Positions 21,831 through 35,109 of a stretch of DNA of 36,988 nucleotides are shown piece by piece. The stretch spans positions 63,391,013-63,428,000 of the forward strand of contig CM059443.1 of NCBI GenBank assembly GCA_030390025.1, in the 5' to 3' direction. Below the pieces are notes generated by a model. It was not told where the DNA came from. It saw only the letters and a list, made by a program, of their open reading frames with translations, and ran no database searches. Each line of letters starts with the position of its first letter. The first letter of the stretch is position 1. This DNA is from Squalus acanthias. Its lineage: Eukaryota. Position numbers and translations under genes: made by a program.

Positions 21831-24009
21831 ATCACACTGTCAATGTAATACTGCACCATTGGTTGGAAGAATACTGCAGCTCAATATATATAGTGCCATA
21901 TCACATTTCTCAGGATGTCCCAAAGCATCTCACATACAATGAATTACGGTCACTGTTGCTAGGTCGTCACCTGCAATTTTGTCCTTCAGGCCAACCTGTC
22001 TATCCTTAACTTTTTGGCACATTATACAGGTAGAGCCAATTACTAATATTTGGTCAATGTTTCAACTAAGATTTGAGCCACTTCCTAGTTCTTCTCAATC
22101 TTTGCTGCCTAGGCTCAAACTATAGTGAAGAGCTCTTCCCTCCCACGAACATGCTGGGGGGCAGGGGTGTGGGGGTTTATTAACAATAGAATCTCCTGAG
22201 ACTGTAGGTGCAAGCACGAAAAAGAACGGTTAAGAGAGTAGGTTGCATACTAGTCATTCCAGTGGCATTTCCATGTCAATTATTACAGTACTCTGAAGTT
22301 GGTGTTCCAACCCTCATAAATGATATATCAATTTGATTTACGAGAAATGAGAGACATTCCTTAACATCAGTAAGTAAATGTTACGATTAGGCAACCAGTT
22401 ATATCTAGACAGGAGTAAGTCAGTCTCCAAGATGGAGTTTGTAAACTAGCAGTAAGCTGCTGAGCTCTGCTCCATGTAACGTGATTTTCAACCCTAATAA
22501 ATCTAGCCTTTCTTTTAGTATTCAACACTGGATTAAGATCTCAACTGGAGTCCATGCAGCATCTTCAGTACCCCGACATCAAATGCATATGCTCATGGGG
22601 ATGAGTCTCTTAACTGTAAAAATAGCAATGACAACGTACTACCCAAAATGTTGTCACTATTGATTCAACACATATTAAGTTTAATAAGTTAACTATCTAT
22701 TTTAATGTTTTTTTTAAAAACTGATATCTTACCAAGTGTGAATTTTTTGAAAAAAAGCAAAGTTTTACCATCAAAACCCTTCCCAAATCAACATCTAAAA
22801 TTACCAGCTTCATCTAAGCAATCAAGAAAATTCTCATGCTTTAATGTGTTGTGGGTAGAATAGGCCACAGGCACATCCTTTTGAATCCCTACATAAAGAG
22901 TTGCTGATAGTAACCAAGCTTTCAAGGGGAGAACAGAGCTGGACACAGACTATGACTTCCTCTAAGGAAGAGTAAACAAAAAATATAAAACATGTGGTCG
23001 TGAACGCTGGGCTCAAGCAGATCGATCAAAATGGTCTTTTTCAATCTTCTATGTCGCCTCTATGTACCCAGAAGTTGGTTCAAGAGAAGGTCACCTGCCC
23101 ACCCTCACGTTTCCTTATATTATGGATAGAAAGACACACAAGTGTTACATTCATTTTGCAAACCCATTCCAGTTTTTGTACAGTTGGCTCAGTGAACTAC
23201 TGTAATCTTTACAGCTGTAAGTCTTTCTACTATTGTATCTACACCAGCTGCTGCTATTACCGTTCATTCCAGGACTTATTTTGAAGGTGGCAGAGTTAGA
23301 ATTAGAAGAAAATATATTTTTGATTAGACAAGAGATTTAATTCTGTAATAATTTGTTGAAATGTGCTGGGATGAAGAGCTGGCCCTATGGCTCATTGATA
23401 GAGAAGTCAAATTAATCTTCTGGAATAAAAGAAGATTTTCCTGTTATATTATATAATTTTGATTCCTTGCACGCCACAGGTACAGCTGCATTTTTATGAA
23501 ATCACTGAGAGAAAACAGTGTCAGACAATGCTGCGAACTTAAAGAACAGTTTGCTTACTGGTATTGGCATCAAGGCAAGTGCAGTGGCACAGACTCTTTG
23601 AAATTACATTGGCATCATCTCCAATTGTGTTCACCACCACAGAATTCCCACACTGCTGCCAACTGGCGACAGGGAGGGGGAGAAGTTAGAAATACAAGGA
23701 TTGGCTTTTGCACTGCCGTATAAGGTTAACTCATCAATGGTTCCAAAGCAGTTAGACATCTGTTGGGAAATGTTTTCTGAAGCTAATTTCTGTTCAGATC
23801 TTACAAATATAATCCTTCAGATCATAGATTCTTGGATGTAGATGAAATGATCAAAAGGTCTTTGAGGTTAGCCCATGACCTTCATGCTTCATTTAACCTT
23901 TTTAAGAAAAAAACCAAGATGTTCACGTTAAGCTGAATTACCTACTCAGGACATTTACCAATCAGCACCTAAAAGCTTTCTTTGGAAGAGGGTGGTGAAA
24001 TTTTGTACT

Positions 24010-24290
24010 TATCAAGCTGAGACAAGTTAGTCCTGGGAAATGGAATGCTTTTCCATTTGAGATACCCAGTGTCAATACAGGATAGCCAAATGCAGATATA
24101 ACGACCACTGCACTGCCCCAACAATGCATTCGCACAAACCGGAGAACAACCACCCTGTGGTGACATCTTTTGATTCCTACACCAGTCATCCTTGTAGACC
24201 CTCCTAGTGAGACTGCCATTTAGTGTCAAATAACAGTCAGCTTTATGATGTTAGCCCACATCCACCAGGAACATTTCACGTGGGACCCTT
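24010..24290 (-). mobile_element. LF-SINE-like relic
   Basis: Minus-strand blocks gttcctggtggatgtgggctaacatcataaagc, ttgacactaaatggcagtctca, tcaccacagggtggt and cattgttggggcagtg are collinear with the LF-SINE consensus as I recall it. Confidence 0.5.
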
Positions 24291-27200
24291 AATGTCATTA
24301 GATAGAGAAAAATGCTTCAAAAGGACAGGTACCATGGTAATCATTCTGGAGACAATGCTGTGTTAACCACTGCAGTTCCTACTCTAGGAGCCACCTCTTC
24401 TGTATCTCAGCTGACTTTAACATGGGGACATCACTTTAATGATGTCCAGCTGCAGGAGTCATCATGCATCTTTAGCGCCCTGACGTCTACTGCGTGTGCA
24501 GATATGTTTGATAAGTGAAAAGAACAAATGAAAATAGGGTTACTGCAAATGATGTCTCTGATAATTCCTCCACAGTTGTCTTTCAGGTTACAATTGAGGC
24601 ACCGGTATGAATGGTGGAAAACAGTAATTAACTATGGAAAAGATAAGGGCTAACCTGAGGCACAAGACCCTGGGACTCTTGTCTGTGAATTCTGTGCTCC
24701 TCTGGGTGAGGGATGTTAGTATTAGGGAAATGGAAAACTTTCCATTTGGACACCGAGGGGGCTACTTTAAATTTGGGGGATGGTGTAAAATGAACGATAT
24801 GGGTAGGGTGGAAAATGAAAGACCATCCAAGTATTTGGACCAAAGCATTTCAAAAACAGGTAAATTCCTAATCGATACAGCTTAAATCAAAATGTTTCCT
24901 GAATCAAAATGTCAAATTTATCCGAGTCATCAATTCAAACTTGAACAAAAATTGTATACAGTTCACTTTGTAACAGGTGTGATCAGAGTGATAGACACAC
25001 ACATTCACTGCCGGGGCTCATACATGAACAATGGCCATATGGTCAAGGTAACTGGAGAGTGATCAATAACCAGGATATCACGCCCAAGCAAGATTTGGCA
25101 CTTTCAGCAGGAGGGGGAAAAGTCATACAAAAAAAATGAATGAGAATGAAATTTGATGAATACATGCATACTAATCGCAAATGAAGTGTGTTGAGGTACA
25201 ATAATCGTATTGTAAATTATTACCCAATGATCCAATATGCCATTGGGTACTTCCAGGGTTTTCATTTGGAGTTTTCTTGAACATATGTCACCTTTTGATT
25301 TCTTTTCCTCTTTATTTCACCTCTCTGTTCTCTCCAGCCACATGTCTCCTACAACCAAGAGGTCAGGCAGGCAGCCTGTTCCCAGGCCTCATGTCAATGC
25401 CATTCTTGTGCTACAATGGGCTGAATGAATAGATCTTTCAGAGAGCCACCAGAGGCGCTTTGGGCTAAATGGCCTCCTTCTATGCTGTTGAATTCTCTGA
25501 TTTCCAACCTTATCTACAGGTTAAAACAAGTGGATCTTTCTCTGTTCTGCAGTTATTCCTGGATTTCTGAAGGCTGGTTCAAACTGTATAGCTCAGTGAA
25601 TGTTTGGTATATGAAGTGCGTGTGAATTCCTCTAGGCGAGGAGCATGGCAAGTCTGAGATCAAAAACTCATCTTTTCAGTGGACAATCTAGATGTATTGT
25701 AAATTCCCACTGTGCTGTACAGAATATTTGTTACTGTAAATTATTTAATTGCAAATAAATTTGATTGGTTGATTTACCTTTAACAAAGCTGGCTCAGTGT
25801 GCAATATCTGCCATCATAAAAGTGACTGAGGACATTGTGGGCATCCTACATGAATTCCAGTCAGCAAGTTACTGCAATCAGGATTAACGGTTAGGTCGCA
25901 AGGGATGCAATCTGCTTTTAGAAACCATTGGGCCATCTGAATGAGAAAATGTGTGAAATGCTGAGACCGTAACACCGGCTTTTCATGGAAGAGGTATGTG
26001 TGGCTCCGAATACAGTCTAATACACTTGCAGTTCAACATGCAAAGCTGAAATTTTTGCATCCAATCATTGCATTTCTTCACTCCAGGAATTTCTTGTTAA
26101 TATAACACATACAGGCAAGATATGGAAAAAGTTCCCAAACATCTCTGGGAAATAATTGGTTGCCATACAAAATGGTGGAACCATCATCCAAACCAATTCA
26201 AAATGACTGCCCATTCAAAGAAGATACATCTACTCCCTTTCCCAACTGTGACAATGGCCACCTATCCATGGTACACATAAATTTCATGAGTCCTACAACA
26301 ATGTGTATTGCCTTGCATTTGTCCACATTAAAATCTGCCATTCCTGAGCCCATCAACTTAATTTGTCCAAATCTGTCGGAATGCTATGAATTGTCCCTAC
26401 CCTGATAAATTAGCTGCTGTTGTGTGTCACACAGTTGCTGTACAATTGAGCCTGGACAAGAGTCATGCGAAATAATCATTGAGGTTAATGCTGATTATTG
26501 CGAAGTCCAGTGTTTGTTGACCTCACTGTTCTGATGTAACCCTCAACGTCCAGGGGTAGCCAAATCATGTCATCAGAAACACACAATGTCAAAGAGTCTT
26601 CACTATTTCATACAGCAATTCAAATGGTTGTTTGCTTGACTTCTTGGCAACACCACCGCTACCACCAAGTAATAGCTTGCAAGCTGTAACTGAGAACTGC
26701 CTGCATCAGTTGAAGGAAAGCCAGTGTTAACTGAGTCACTACTAAAAGTGGGATACCATGGTATAGTGCAGAATTCTGATGGGAGAGGAGAAAATGATAT
26801 TTTTCCTCTTGCACCATTCTTGAAGCAGATTAACTGCTGACGTCTGGGATAGACTATTCCGACCTCTGAATCAAAGGGTGTATCTGGTATATAGGACTTC
26901 AAATAGGGAATTTTAAAATTTGCTCCTCCTACAAAGTCAGACTTGCCTTTGTCTGATTAGGAAATCACCACTGTACAATAGTTGAAAATTAGTGCTTAAA
27001 GTTTGCAAAGCTGTGTGCTCAATAATAAAAATAAGTTTACCAAGAAGAAATAAGCCAGAAAATCATTTGTGAGTGTAACCCTATCTAACTGCACAGACTG
27101 AGGTACCAGTTGGCTAATGGAAAGGTCATCATCAGTCCCCCAGCCACCAGCTAGCCCTGACACCACTCATTTGTCACAGTTCGATAACTGCCACTCAAGG

Positions 27201-28559
27201 GAGACACAGTCCACCTCCGGGAGAAGGATCCGGCTGTGCAGCTGAATCTTGGCATTTTACCCTCCATTAGCTGCATGCAAGGGTCATAGTGAACCAGCTG
27301 CAGGACAGTTGCAGTAACGGCAGTGCAATGCAAGGATTCACCTCCAGCCAGCGTGGCGGCAACTCTTTATCCAGGACTGGAAACACATAATTAGGAATAT
27401 AGTGAAAATTCTTGTTGCCATTACTAGACAGTAGATACAATATCTACTAGCTAGGCGATCAAAGCACAGAGCTCAAAGAGAACATAGCAGCTATCAGCAT
27501 CCCTAAAACTCAAATATAACGATTATATACTCGAAAAACACATGGGGAAACGGAGAACTTCAATGTTTAACTTTAAAGTGCAATTCTGGACCTATATGGT
27601 ATGGTACCTTGCATACCTATCACCCAGAAAATATACATTAACCAGCTTCTGCAGTGCTGCCTTTCCAGTCTCCACACTGACATTCTCAGCACCAATCAAT
27701 AGTCCCAGCAATCTGCTCAGCCGTGCATTACTTGAAGCCTGACCTCACACGTGCCTTATCGATTTTAACGCCATGTACAAAATCCCTGCAATTTGGGAAA
27801 CAAAACAATGATTTTGTCTTCTTCTTTGCTATTAGTCAAAAGCTAATTGAAATCCACGGGGTATCGAGGTCTACAGATCAACTTCGGGTGCAAAGCACAA
27901 CTCTGTCCTCACTTCCGACTGCTCAGTGCCACTTCCTTTATCGAAAACTGGCTCATAATCTGTTTTATATTGGGCTGGTTATGTACATTCACCATAAAGT
28001 ACTCAATAATTCACAAGAAGAGCAAAGGATACAAAATATTTTGCCATTACAACAGCAAGCCCACTCTTAGTGGGGGAGGAAGTGTAGAAACAAATTTTAT
28101 TCCGATATTGTATTGAATTTCAAGCAAGGAATATGAAGCGAGTCACGTGCCATTGTTTACTATGATATGTAATATGAAATCACATTCTATTCGAAAATGT
28201 TAAACTTTGCAGGAGCAATTTTTTTTTTTTAAACATAAATTATTAAAAGAGATTAGAATATAATATGCTATAGTCAAAAATCAATAGGCAGCCAAGTACA
28301 CAGCAAGGGTTTACCAACTATCAACCCAATACATTCATTATCGTCTTATTACAACCAGACCTGCTATAGAGGTTTATTAACCAGTATTGCCCTCATGATC
28401 TTGTGGGAAGTCACTGTTGCATATTAGCAGCTTGTGGGAATAATTTTCAATTATCATCTGCTATTGAAAGCGTATTAGGCCCAATACATGTAAACATAAA
28501 TCAAAGAGGAGAAAAGGGCATTGAAACTCATCTCACCAGCACATTAACTCTCCCATTAC

Positions 28560-28776
28560 TGGGCTGGATTTCAAACAACCCCAATATTTTGCCTCGACTA
28601 ACTTTCTTTGTAGATTATGTAAAGAAGGACCCTGTTGGCTCCGGGCGCGTGTCCTTGCTGCCTGCTCAGGAGAGCAGGTTAAAATTGCAGATGTTGTGAT
28701 CCTGGCAGGTTTTGGACAGATAAGAGCCAGGGCAACTAAGGTTTCTACTGAGCGAGTAGGGTTAAAATCGCCCCCA
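28560..28776. mobile_element. Decayed short TIR element (Harbinger-like MITE)
   Basis: Left end tgggctggatttcaaac; reverse complement of right end tgggggcgattttaac. Confidence 0.45.
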
Positions 28777-28787
28777 TACATATCAGG

Positions 28788-29066
28788 GAGATCCCAGGTC
28801 CAATACCTGGTCTGTACTTAACCGATCTCAGCCAGGCAACAGTAGGGATGCTACTACTGGCCTTGGTGCTCCCGGACTAGGAAGGAGAAAAGAAAAAAAG
28901 AGCCAGGGTTTCTGTTCCCGATTGTTATCCAGCGATTCGCGCTGGAAGTACGCGTAACTAGGATTTAAGTGGGGGCAGAAGACGCTCAAATGCTACACCT
29001 AAAGGTCGAATACCTCGCTAACTCATTCCCTACCCACATGCATTAAGAATGGCCACTTCAGAGATA
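28788..29066 (+). mobile_element. Old SINE-like repeat (head fragment also at about 30120-30245), adjoining a younger SINE
   Basis: gatcccaggtccaatacctggtctg...taaccgatctcagccagg matches ggtcccaagttcaatcccc...ttaatcgacctcagcagg at 30162-30211. Confidence 0.5.
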
Positions 29067-29462
29067 CGGCAGCATAGTGGTTTTGTTACTGGATTAGTAA
29101 TCCAGCGGCCTGGACTATTGATCCAGGGACACAAGTTCAAATCCCACCAGGGCAGCTGGGGGAATTGAAATTCAGTTAATTAAATAAATCTGGAACAAAA
29201 TGCTAGTATCAGTAATGGTGACCATGAAACTACCGGATTGTCGTAAAAACCCATCTGGCTCACTGATGTCCTTTAGGGAAGGGAATCTGCCGTCCTTACC
29301 CGGTCTGGGACTCCAGACCCATGGCAATGTGGTTGACTCTTAACTGCCCCGTGCCACTCCGTTGTATTCAAGAAGGTGGTTCACCACCAACTTCGCAAGG
29401 GCAATTAGTGATGGGCAACAAATGCTGGCCTTGCCCACATCCCGTGAATGAATTTTTAAAAA
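29067..29462 (+). mobile_element. tRNA-derived SINE with tail gggcaattag...gggcaacaaatgctggccttg...cacatcccgtgaatgaat
   Basis: A-box-like ggcagcatagtgg and B-box gttcaaatccc; central block gtcctttagggaagggaatctgccgtccttacccggtctgg; A/T-rich end. Confidence 0.75.
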
Positions 29463-30717
29463 TTAGATACTGTAAAGAGACTGCTCCCTGTTGAACCACA
29501 CTCCAGCAAATAGTCAGCCCCTTCAAGAGACAAAGTAAGAAAATTAGCACAAGAAGGATTTTCTTTATTAAAAAAAAGCCACCTCTTATCACAAGAAAGC
29601 TGTTCTGCGGGCAGTACACTTGTGATAATTCTGATTCTACATTTTTAATCTTGGAGTGTTTGGTTGCGCACAAAACAATCAATATGTATTGATTTTTAAC
29701 TAAAACACAACATCCCAATTTAATATGAAATGTCCAGATTTAACCATTTTATTATGTGAGGGAGTGAGAGACAGAGACCCAAATGACCCCAAGTCAAATT
29801 AAACTGGTTTAATATAAATAGTTTTATGCAGCAGAGGAAATATATGAGACAGTATAGATTACAATGTATTATTGTATTTTTCACGTCCAATCAATTATGA
29901 AAATGTTGAGTTGAGGGTCAAGTAACAAATAATAAGCAATGTTCTGTCTGTTTTGAGAGCAGAATTACACAACGTCTAAATGTTTAATGCTGTTTATCTG
30001 TGAGCAATGCAATATAAGGAGTGGGTTAATGGTGCAATACTGTCAACACCAAACCTATCGCGTGCCAACACTTGGAGAAAAAAGCCTCAACAGGACGCTA
30101 AAAACATTAGAACGTCAAGACATGGTCCAGTGGGTAAAGACACTGCCTGTGTAAACCAGTAGGTCCCAAGTTCAATCCCCAAATTGTCCAGAGTTAATCG
30201 ACCTCAGCAGGGACAGCAGATGGGCGCTATAATTTGCCTCAGCCTCTCTCACTGTGATGCCTGAAGTGTGACAGATAGGTTTCAAAACATTTTATTATAT
30301 GTAGATTATAAAAGTGCAATATAAAACTCTGTTGTCTGGAGAAGGCCAGCAGATTGCAGGACTAATCATTTTTGACAAAGGGAAACCAGTATTAAAAAAA
30401 TGTCTTGTATGATGTTCTGCAGTTCCCCTGCTGTGTAACGCTATACATTAAGCTTCAATGTTACTGAGCAGGATACATCATCCTTGATGATGCCAGATAG
30501 CAAGGACCACTGTTATTTAAGATGGCGCAAGCAAACACAAGTGAAACAGCATCCTCAGCTTGCACCTGATCACTCAACGGCAATCGTTCACAATACATCC
30601 TGTAACAAATAATTAAAGCAAGGAAAATCAACCACAAAATTCAGTTCGCGAGTCTGTAACTGACATTTACACTATCTTTGCTTAAGAAAACTCTCACCTT
30701 CCATCAACAGACTCATT

Positions 30718-31162
30718 GTCAGCTGTGGCTCAGTTGGTAGCACCCTCGCCTCTGAGTCAGAAGGTTGTGGGTTCAAGTCCCACTCCAGGGACTTGAGCAC
30801 TCCCAGTGCAGTGCTGAGGGAGCGCTGCACTGTCGGAGGTGCCGTCTTTCGGATGAGATGTTAAACCGAGGCCCCGTCTGCTCTCTCAGGTGGACGTAAA
30901 AGATCCCGCGGCACTATTTCGAAGAAGAGCAGGGGAATTATCCCCCTTGTCCTGGCCAATATTTATCCCTCAACCAACATAACAAAAAAACAGATTATCT
31001 GGCCATTATCACATTGCTGTTCGTGGGAGCTTGCTGTGCGTAAATTGGTTGTTGTGTTTCCCACAGTGACTCCACTTCAAATAGTACTTAATTGGCTGTA
31101 AAGCGCTTTGAGACGTCCAGTGGTCGTGAAAGGCGCTATATAAATGCAAGTCTTTCTTTCTT
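30718..31162 (+). mobile_element. Deu-domain tRNA-SINE (SacSINE1-like), essentially full length
   Basis: A box tggctcagttgg and B box ggttcaagtcc; Deu block aaagatcccgcggcactatttcgaagaagagcagggg...gtcctggccaa; L2-like tail ggcgctatataaatgcaagtctttctttc. Confidence 0.9.
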
Positions 31163-32189
31163 TTTATTGCTTCCAAAGCATGCGGGTAGAAAACAAGAGC
31201 ACCCTCCAGTGTCCATGTGCAACAACAATCAGCAGCAAGCGGGACTCATGGTCGCCATTTTTATTTCAAATGCTTAAAGCGGCCAACATCTATAAAACAC
31301 TCCACTGTAAACTCATAAAAAATTAAAATGCCTCATAATAAAAAGCACACATCACTAAGCTCACTGATACCAATATACTGCTGCCAAAATTAATAAGCTT
31401 CTTGGCGATACTCTTAATTATTCCCCTCAAATTGCTCCACTCTCCTTAGCCCAAGGGCTAAGCAAGGCCAAATGTAGCACTCATATAGGACCCCGGTTGT
31501 GACAAGCTATCTCAGCCCAAACAATGGGACCCTCTGGTCTGCAAAGCTTAGTGCCATCCCAGGCAGTATATTTAACAAAAACACCTTTGAAATCTAAGAT
31601 TGACCAGTAAAATTCAGTTACAGTGTCATGTTTGTCTCTAAATGTTACAAGCATGCGTTCCAGCATATATGATGGCTAGCTCCTGGCAGCAGAGGTCTAA
31701 TACAGAGGTAGCATGTTCTGTTCCAACTTCCAGAACAAAATCTGTAATATTTTTCTAAACTGATCTCCAGCAAATCCAATCACAAGTACGAACTTGCAAA
31801 ATTAGAGGTAATTATACTGCACATACTGAGTGAAACAGGATTGCCAGACCCAATGCAGGCTCCCACATCACAGTCTGCCCAGGATCAACAGATCTGCATA
31901 TATATATATGGCGATAAAAAATGTAGGGTTAGGAGGGAGTCCTTTGGATATGAAAAGCATTGACTATGAAGTTACCACCTGGGAAGCTCAGTTTCACAGC
32001 TGCAGCTGGTCTCACATCTTCTGTATAACTACAGACATAAATTGCACTACACAGTTTTCAAAGAGAAGGGGAAGCCACTTCATATATAATCCACCTATCA
32101 ATTCAACAATACTTAATTCTATTACCCATTCCAAGTTAGACCACAAAAATTAGCTCCCAATTCTGTTGCGACAGATAACGTTCAGTCCT

Positions 32190-32337
32190 GAGGAAAGGAA
32201 AATCCGGCAGGAAGGATTTCAGCACCTTACAGAACCCGACGGTGGGCTCGTGTGTAAACCTCTCCATCGGATTTTCTGATCTGCGCTTCGGCCAGGTGAT
32301 GTTCAACGCCCTGGCGGTAAAAACGAAAATCTACCCC
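32190..32337. mobile_element. Partial TIR-element end
   Basis: CpG-rich patch ending ggcggtaaaaacgaaaatctacccc; its reverse complement ggggtagattttcg resembles the other GGG...ATTTT termini. Confidence 0.4.
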
Positions 32338-32649
32338 TGCATGTCTCCACTTTGCCATCGTTCTCCCAGAGCACCAGCAACAAAGGCCTTAATTATGCCT
32401 TAAATTAAAATTACTAATGGTGTAATCACAAATTACAATGATATGCCACATCCATGTACATTAATAAATCGAGCTGTCTGTTCTGTATGCCCTGTTTCTC
32501 ATTAGTCCATTGCAACAATGTACTGGCTACGTGGTTATCAGGTACCAATTCCTGTGGTCTTGGCCCACATCGCACTGTACAGCCAGCCAGATTCCTCCCA
32601 GAATTTGCCACTACCACCTCGCCTTTCTTTAAAGATCTTTAAAAGGTGG

Positions 32650-33632
32650 GAGTGCAGATAGAATAGGCAATAAAAAGGCAAATGGGATGCTGCATTTTTT
32701 TTTTACATAGAGGAATTCAATAGAAAAGCAAGGAAGTAATGTTGAATTTGTACGACACATTGATTAGGCCACAGTTGGTGTACTGCGTGGAATTCTAGAC
32801 GCCGCTTATAGGAGGGATACTAGAACCATGGAAATTAAGATTCATTAGAATGATACAACGAATGAGAGATTATAATTATGGCAAAAGGGTAGAAAAACTG
32901 CAGCTTTTTTCATTCAAACATAAAAGGTTAGTGAGAAATCTAATAAAGCTTTTCAAGATTATCAAAGGCAAACAGTAACAAGGGAGCATTGACTTAGGAT
33001 CATCACTGTTTCAGCCTGGGCTCAGTGGTAGCGCTTGTGCCTCTGGAGGTCATGGGTTCAAGTCCTACTCCATAAACTTGAGACAATGCAGTACTGAAGG
33101 AGTGTTGCCTTTAGGATGAGATATTAAACCGAGGTGGACGTAAAAGATCCTATGGCACTATTTGAAGAAGAGCAGAGAAGTCTCCCCGGTGTCCTGACCA
33201 ATGTTTATCCCTCAACCAACACCTAAAAATAAATTATCTGGTCATTATCTCATTGCTGTTTGTGGGACCTTGCCGTGCGCAAATTGACTGCCGCGTTTCC
33301 TACATTATAACAGTGCTACACTTCAAAAGTACTTAACTGGCTGTAAAGCACTTTAGGATGTCCTGATGTCATGAAAGGCACTATTTAAATGCAAATTCTT
33401 TCCTTTTTTTTCCTTTAGAAGAATGAAGGGTGAAGAGGGCTATTAGAACCTGGAATGCTTTACTACAATTGGCTTTTGGGGTAGATGGTACAACATCATT
33501 TAAAAGGAAATTAGCTAAGTACTTGAAAAGAAAGAATATAAATCATATGGGGAAAGGGCAGGAGTTGTAGGTAGCTCCAGTCGAAGAGCCAGCACTGGCA
33601 AAGAAATGATGGGCCAAATGGCCTCCTTCAAT
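32650..33632 (+). mobile_element. Old CR1 fragment split by a nested Deu-SINE
   Basis: gcaaatgggatgctg...attaggccacagttggtgtactgcg (RP.L.YC); resumes at about 33417 and ends gatgggccaaatggcctccttc. Confidence 0.8.
33008..33416 (+). mobile_element. Deu-domain SINE nested in CR1
   Basis: Head ggctcagtggtagc...gggttcaagtcc; Deu body; tail ggcactatttaaatgcaaattctttcc. Confidence 0.88.
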
Positions 33633-34626
33633 GAAACTTTATTATATTATTCTGTCCATGGAACCAATCATTCACTCCTCTACCACAAGAGCAGGAAAAA
33701 CACAGACAAAAATCCCAATTGAAGAATTTTGTATTATGCCTACTGAAAATAAGTGTGTGTCTGGGAGTTCTTGTGGTTGAAGTGTTCAATTAAGAGATCC
33801 CCGATTAAAATTTCCCACTGCCAAAAAGTTCCTATCACAGTTAAAAAAGGGACTCGCTAGGAAGGCTGCAGTTCACCAAGCTGCTAAATGGGTCAATGGT
33901 GGAGTGAACAAGATGGGGGACGAGGAGTAGACCAATGTTAGACCAGCAAGGCTTATGTACTGGGACTTAAAGCTGAACAAGATCATTGAGACAAGGTGGA
34001 GCAAAACCATGGAGGCACTTAAACATAAAGGAATATGGAGGCTAAGGACAAGACTCCTATGTCAATGATTAGCCCCATCCACAAGAATTGCACACTCCTT
34101 GTCTGCGAGAAAAGGTTGGGCACTCCGCTATGGCTCGTCAGTTACAAGAAAGTGATTTTTTTTTTATATATTAGTTGATCACTTGTGGCATTGCGCACGG
34201 GGAGTCAAGACCAAATGTAGCCATCAGGTGAAGCAGGGTTAGAGGGTGGGGATATTGATCCAGGGTTCGCAGACGTCATTCAGTCCCAAATTTAAAGTTG
34301 CACAGTCAGTCCATATTTTAACATTTTTATTATAAATTTCAATGTCCACAATTATCATGGAAATTGTACAGTAATTATTCCCTTCTGCCACATGACCACT
34401 GACGGTAATAACCCCACTGAGGGTGTATTACTACGAAACAGGTGTACCTAGGCAGATTTCGCCATCAATGTGGACATAGTCATTTATAATGGAAAAGTCA
34501 ACAGAAAGTGTGCACAGACTTAACATTTTTTATATATTATGTAGATTATTAAAAACAGCTCTTACTGTTAAATTCCTTATCAGTGTTCTAAAGAGGTAAT
34601 GGAAACTAAGCAGTGCTTTACTGTAC

Positions 34627-34715
34627 CTGTTTCACGACCCTCGGTGTACCCAGGGTAGATCGCTGTGACTTCACTACCTCCCGTGTTTTTCCAATGATGG
34701 GTGTCTTGGATTTTC
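34627..34715 (-). CDS. SCAPER: SCAPER coding exon (89 nt, phase 1 to 0): (G)KSKTPIIGKTREVVKSQRSTLGTPRVVKQ
   Basis: On the minus strand, T-rich tract ...ggtccag|GAAAATCC and AAACAG|gtacag. The frame is open and ends at phase 0, matching the phase-0 start of exon 19199. It loosely resembles the human segment GKPKCQTGGKSKRTIQGTHKTTKQ as I recall it. Absent from the ORF track. Confidence 0.8.
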
Positions 34716-35109
34716 CTGGACCGATTTTGTAAGAAAAAAAAATGTCATTGGAAAAAATGCACAATAATTTCATACTGAAATTCATCATTAATATTGGTCT
34801 GAATCACAAAGAGGTTCCTTTCTGGAAGAACGACCAAGCCTCCCAAAAACGCAAGATAAAATGTTTTAACAAACAGCCTTTAGTTTGAAGTAATTTGATG
34901 CGGCACTGTAAAAAAAAAAAAATTCAAGCAACCAATCAGTTTCCAATTGCCTGCACTGTTTTCCCTGAGCTATTGAATATTAGAACTTTGACTGTTTGTC
35001 ATTTATATTTTGGCTGTGTGGCGTATGTATTATCTGTAAAGCAGGACTGCATAGTGGCACTTGAGTGCAGTGCAGCAGGCTAAAGGGAAGTTTATTTAAT
35101 GTTTCCAAG

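Noticed and set aside
30718-30790. tRNA gene
   Set aside because: A and B boxes run directly into a SINE body, and there is no complete cloverleaf.
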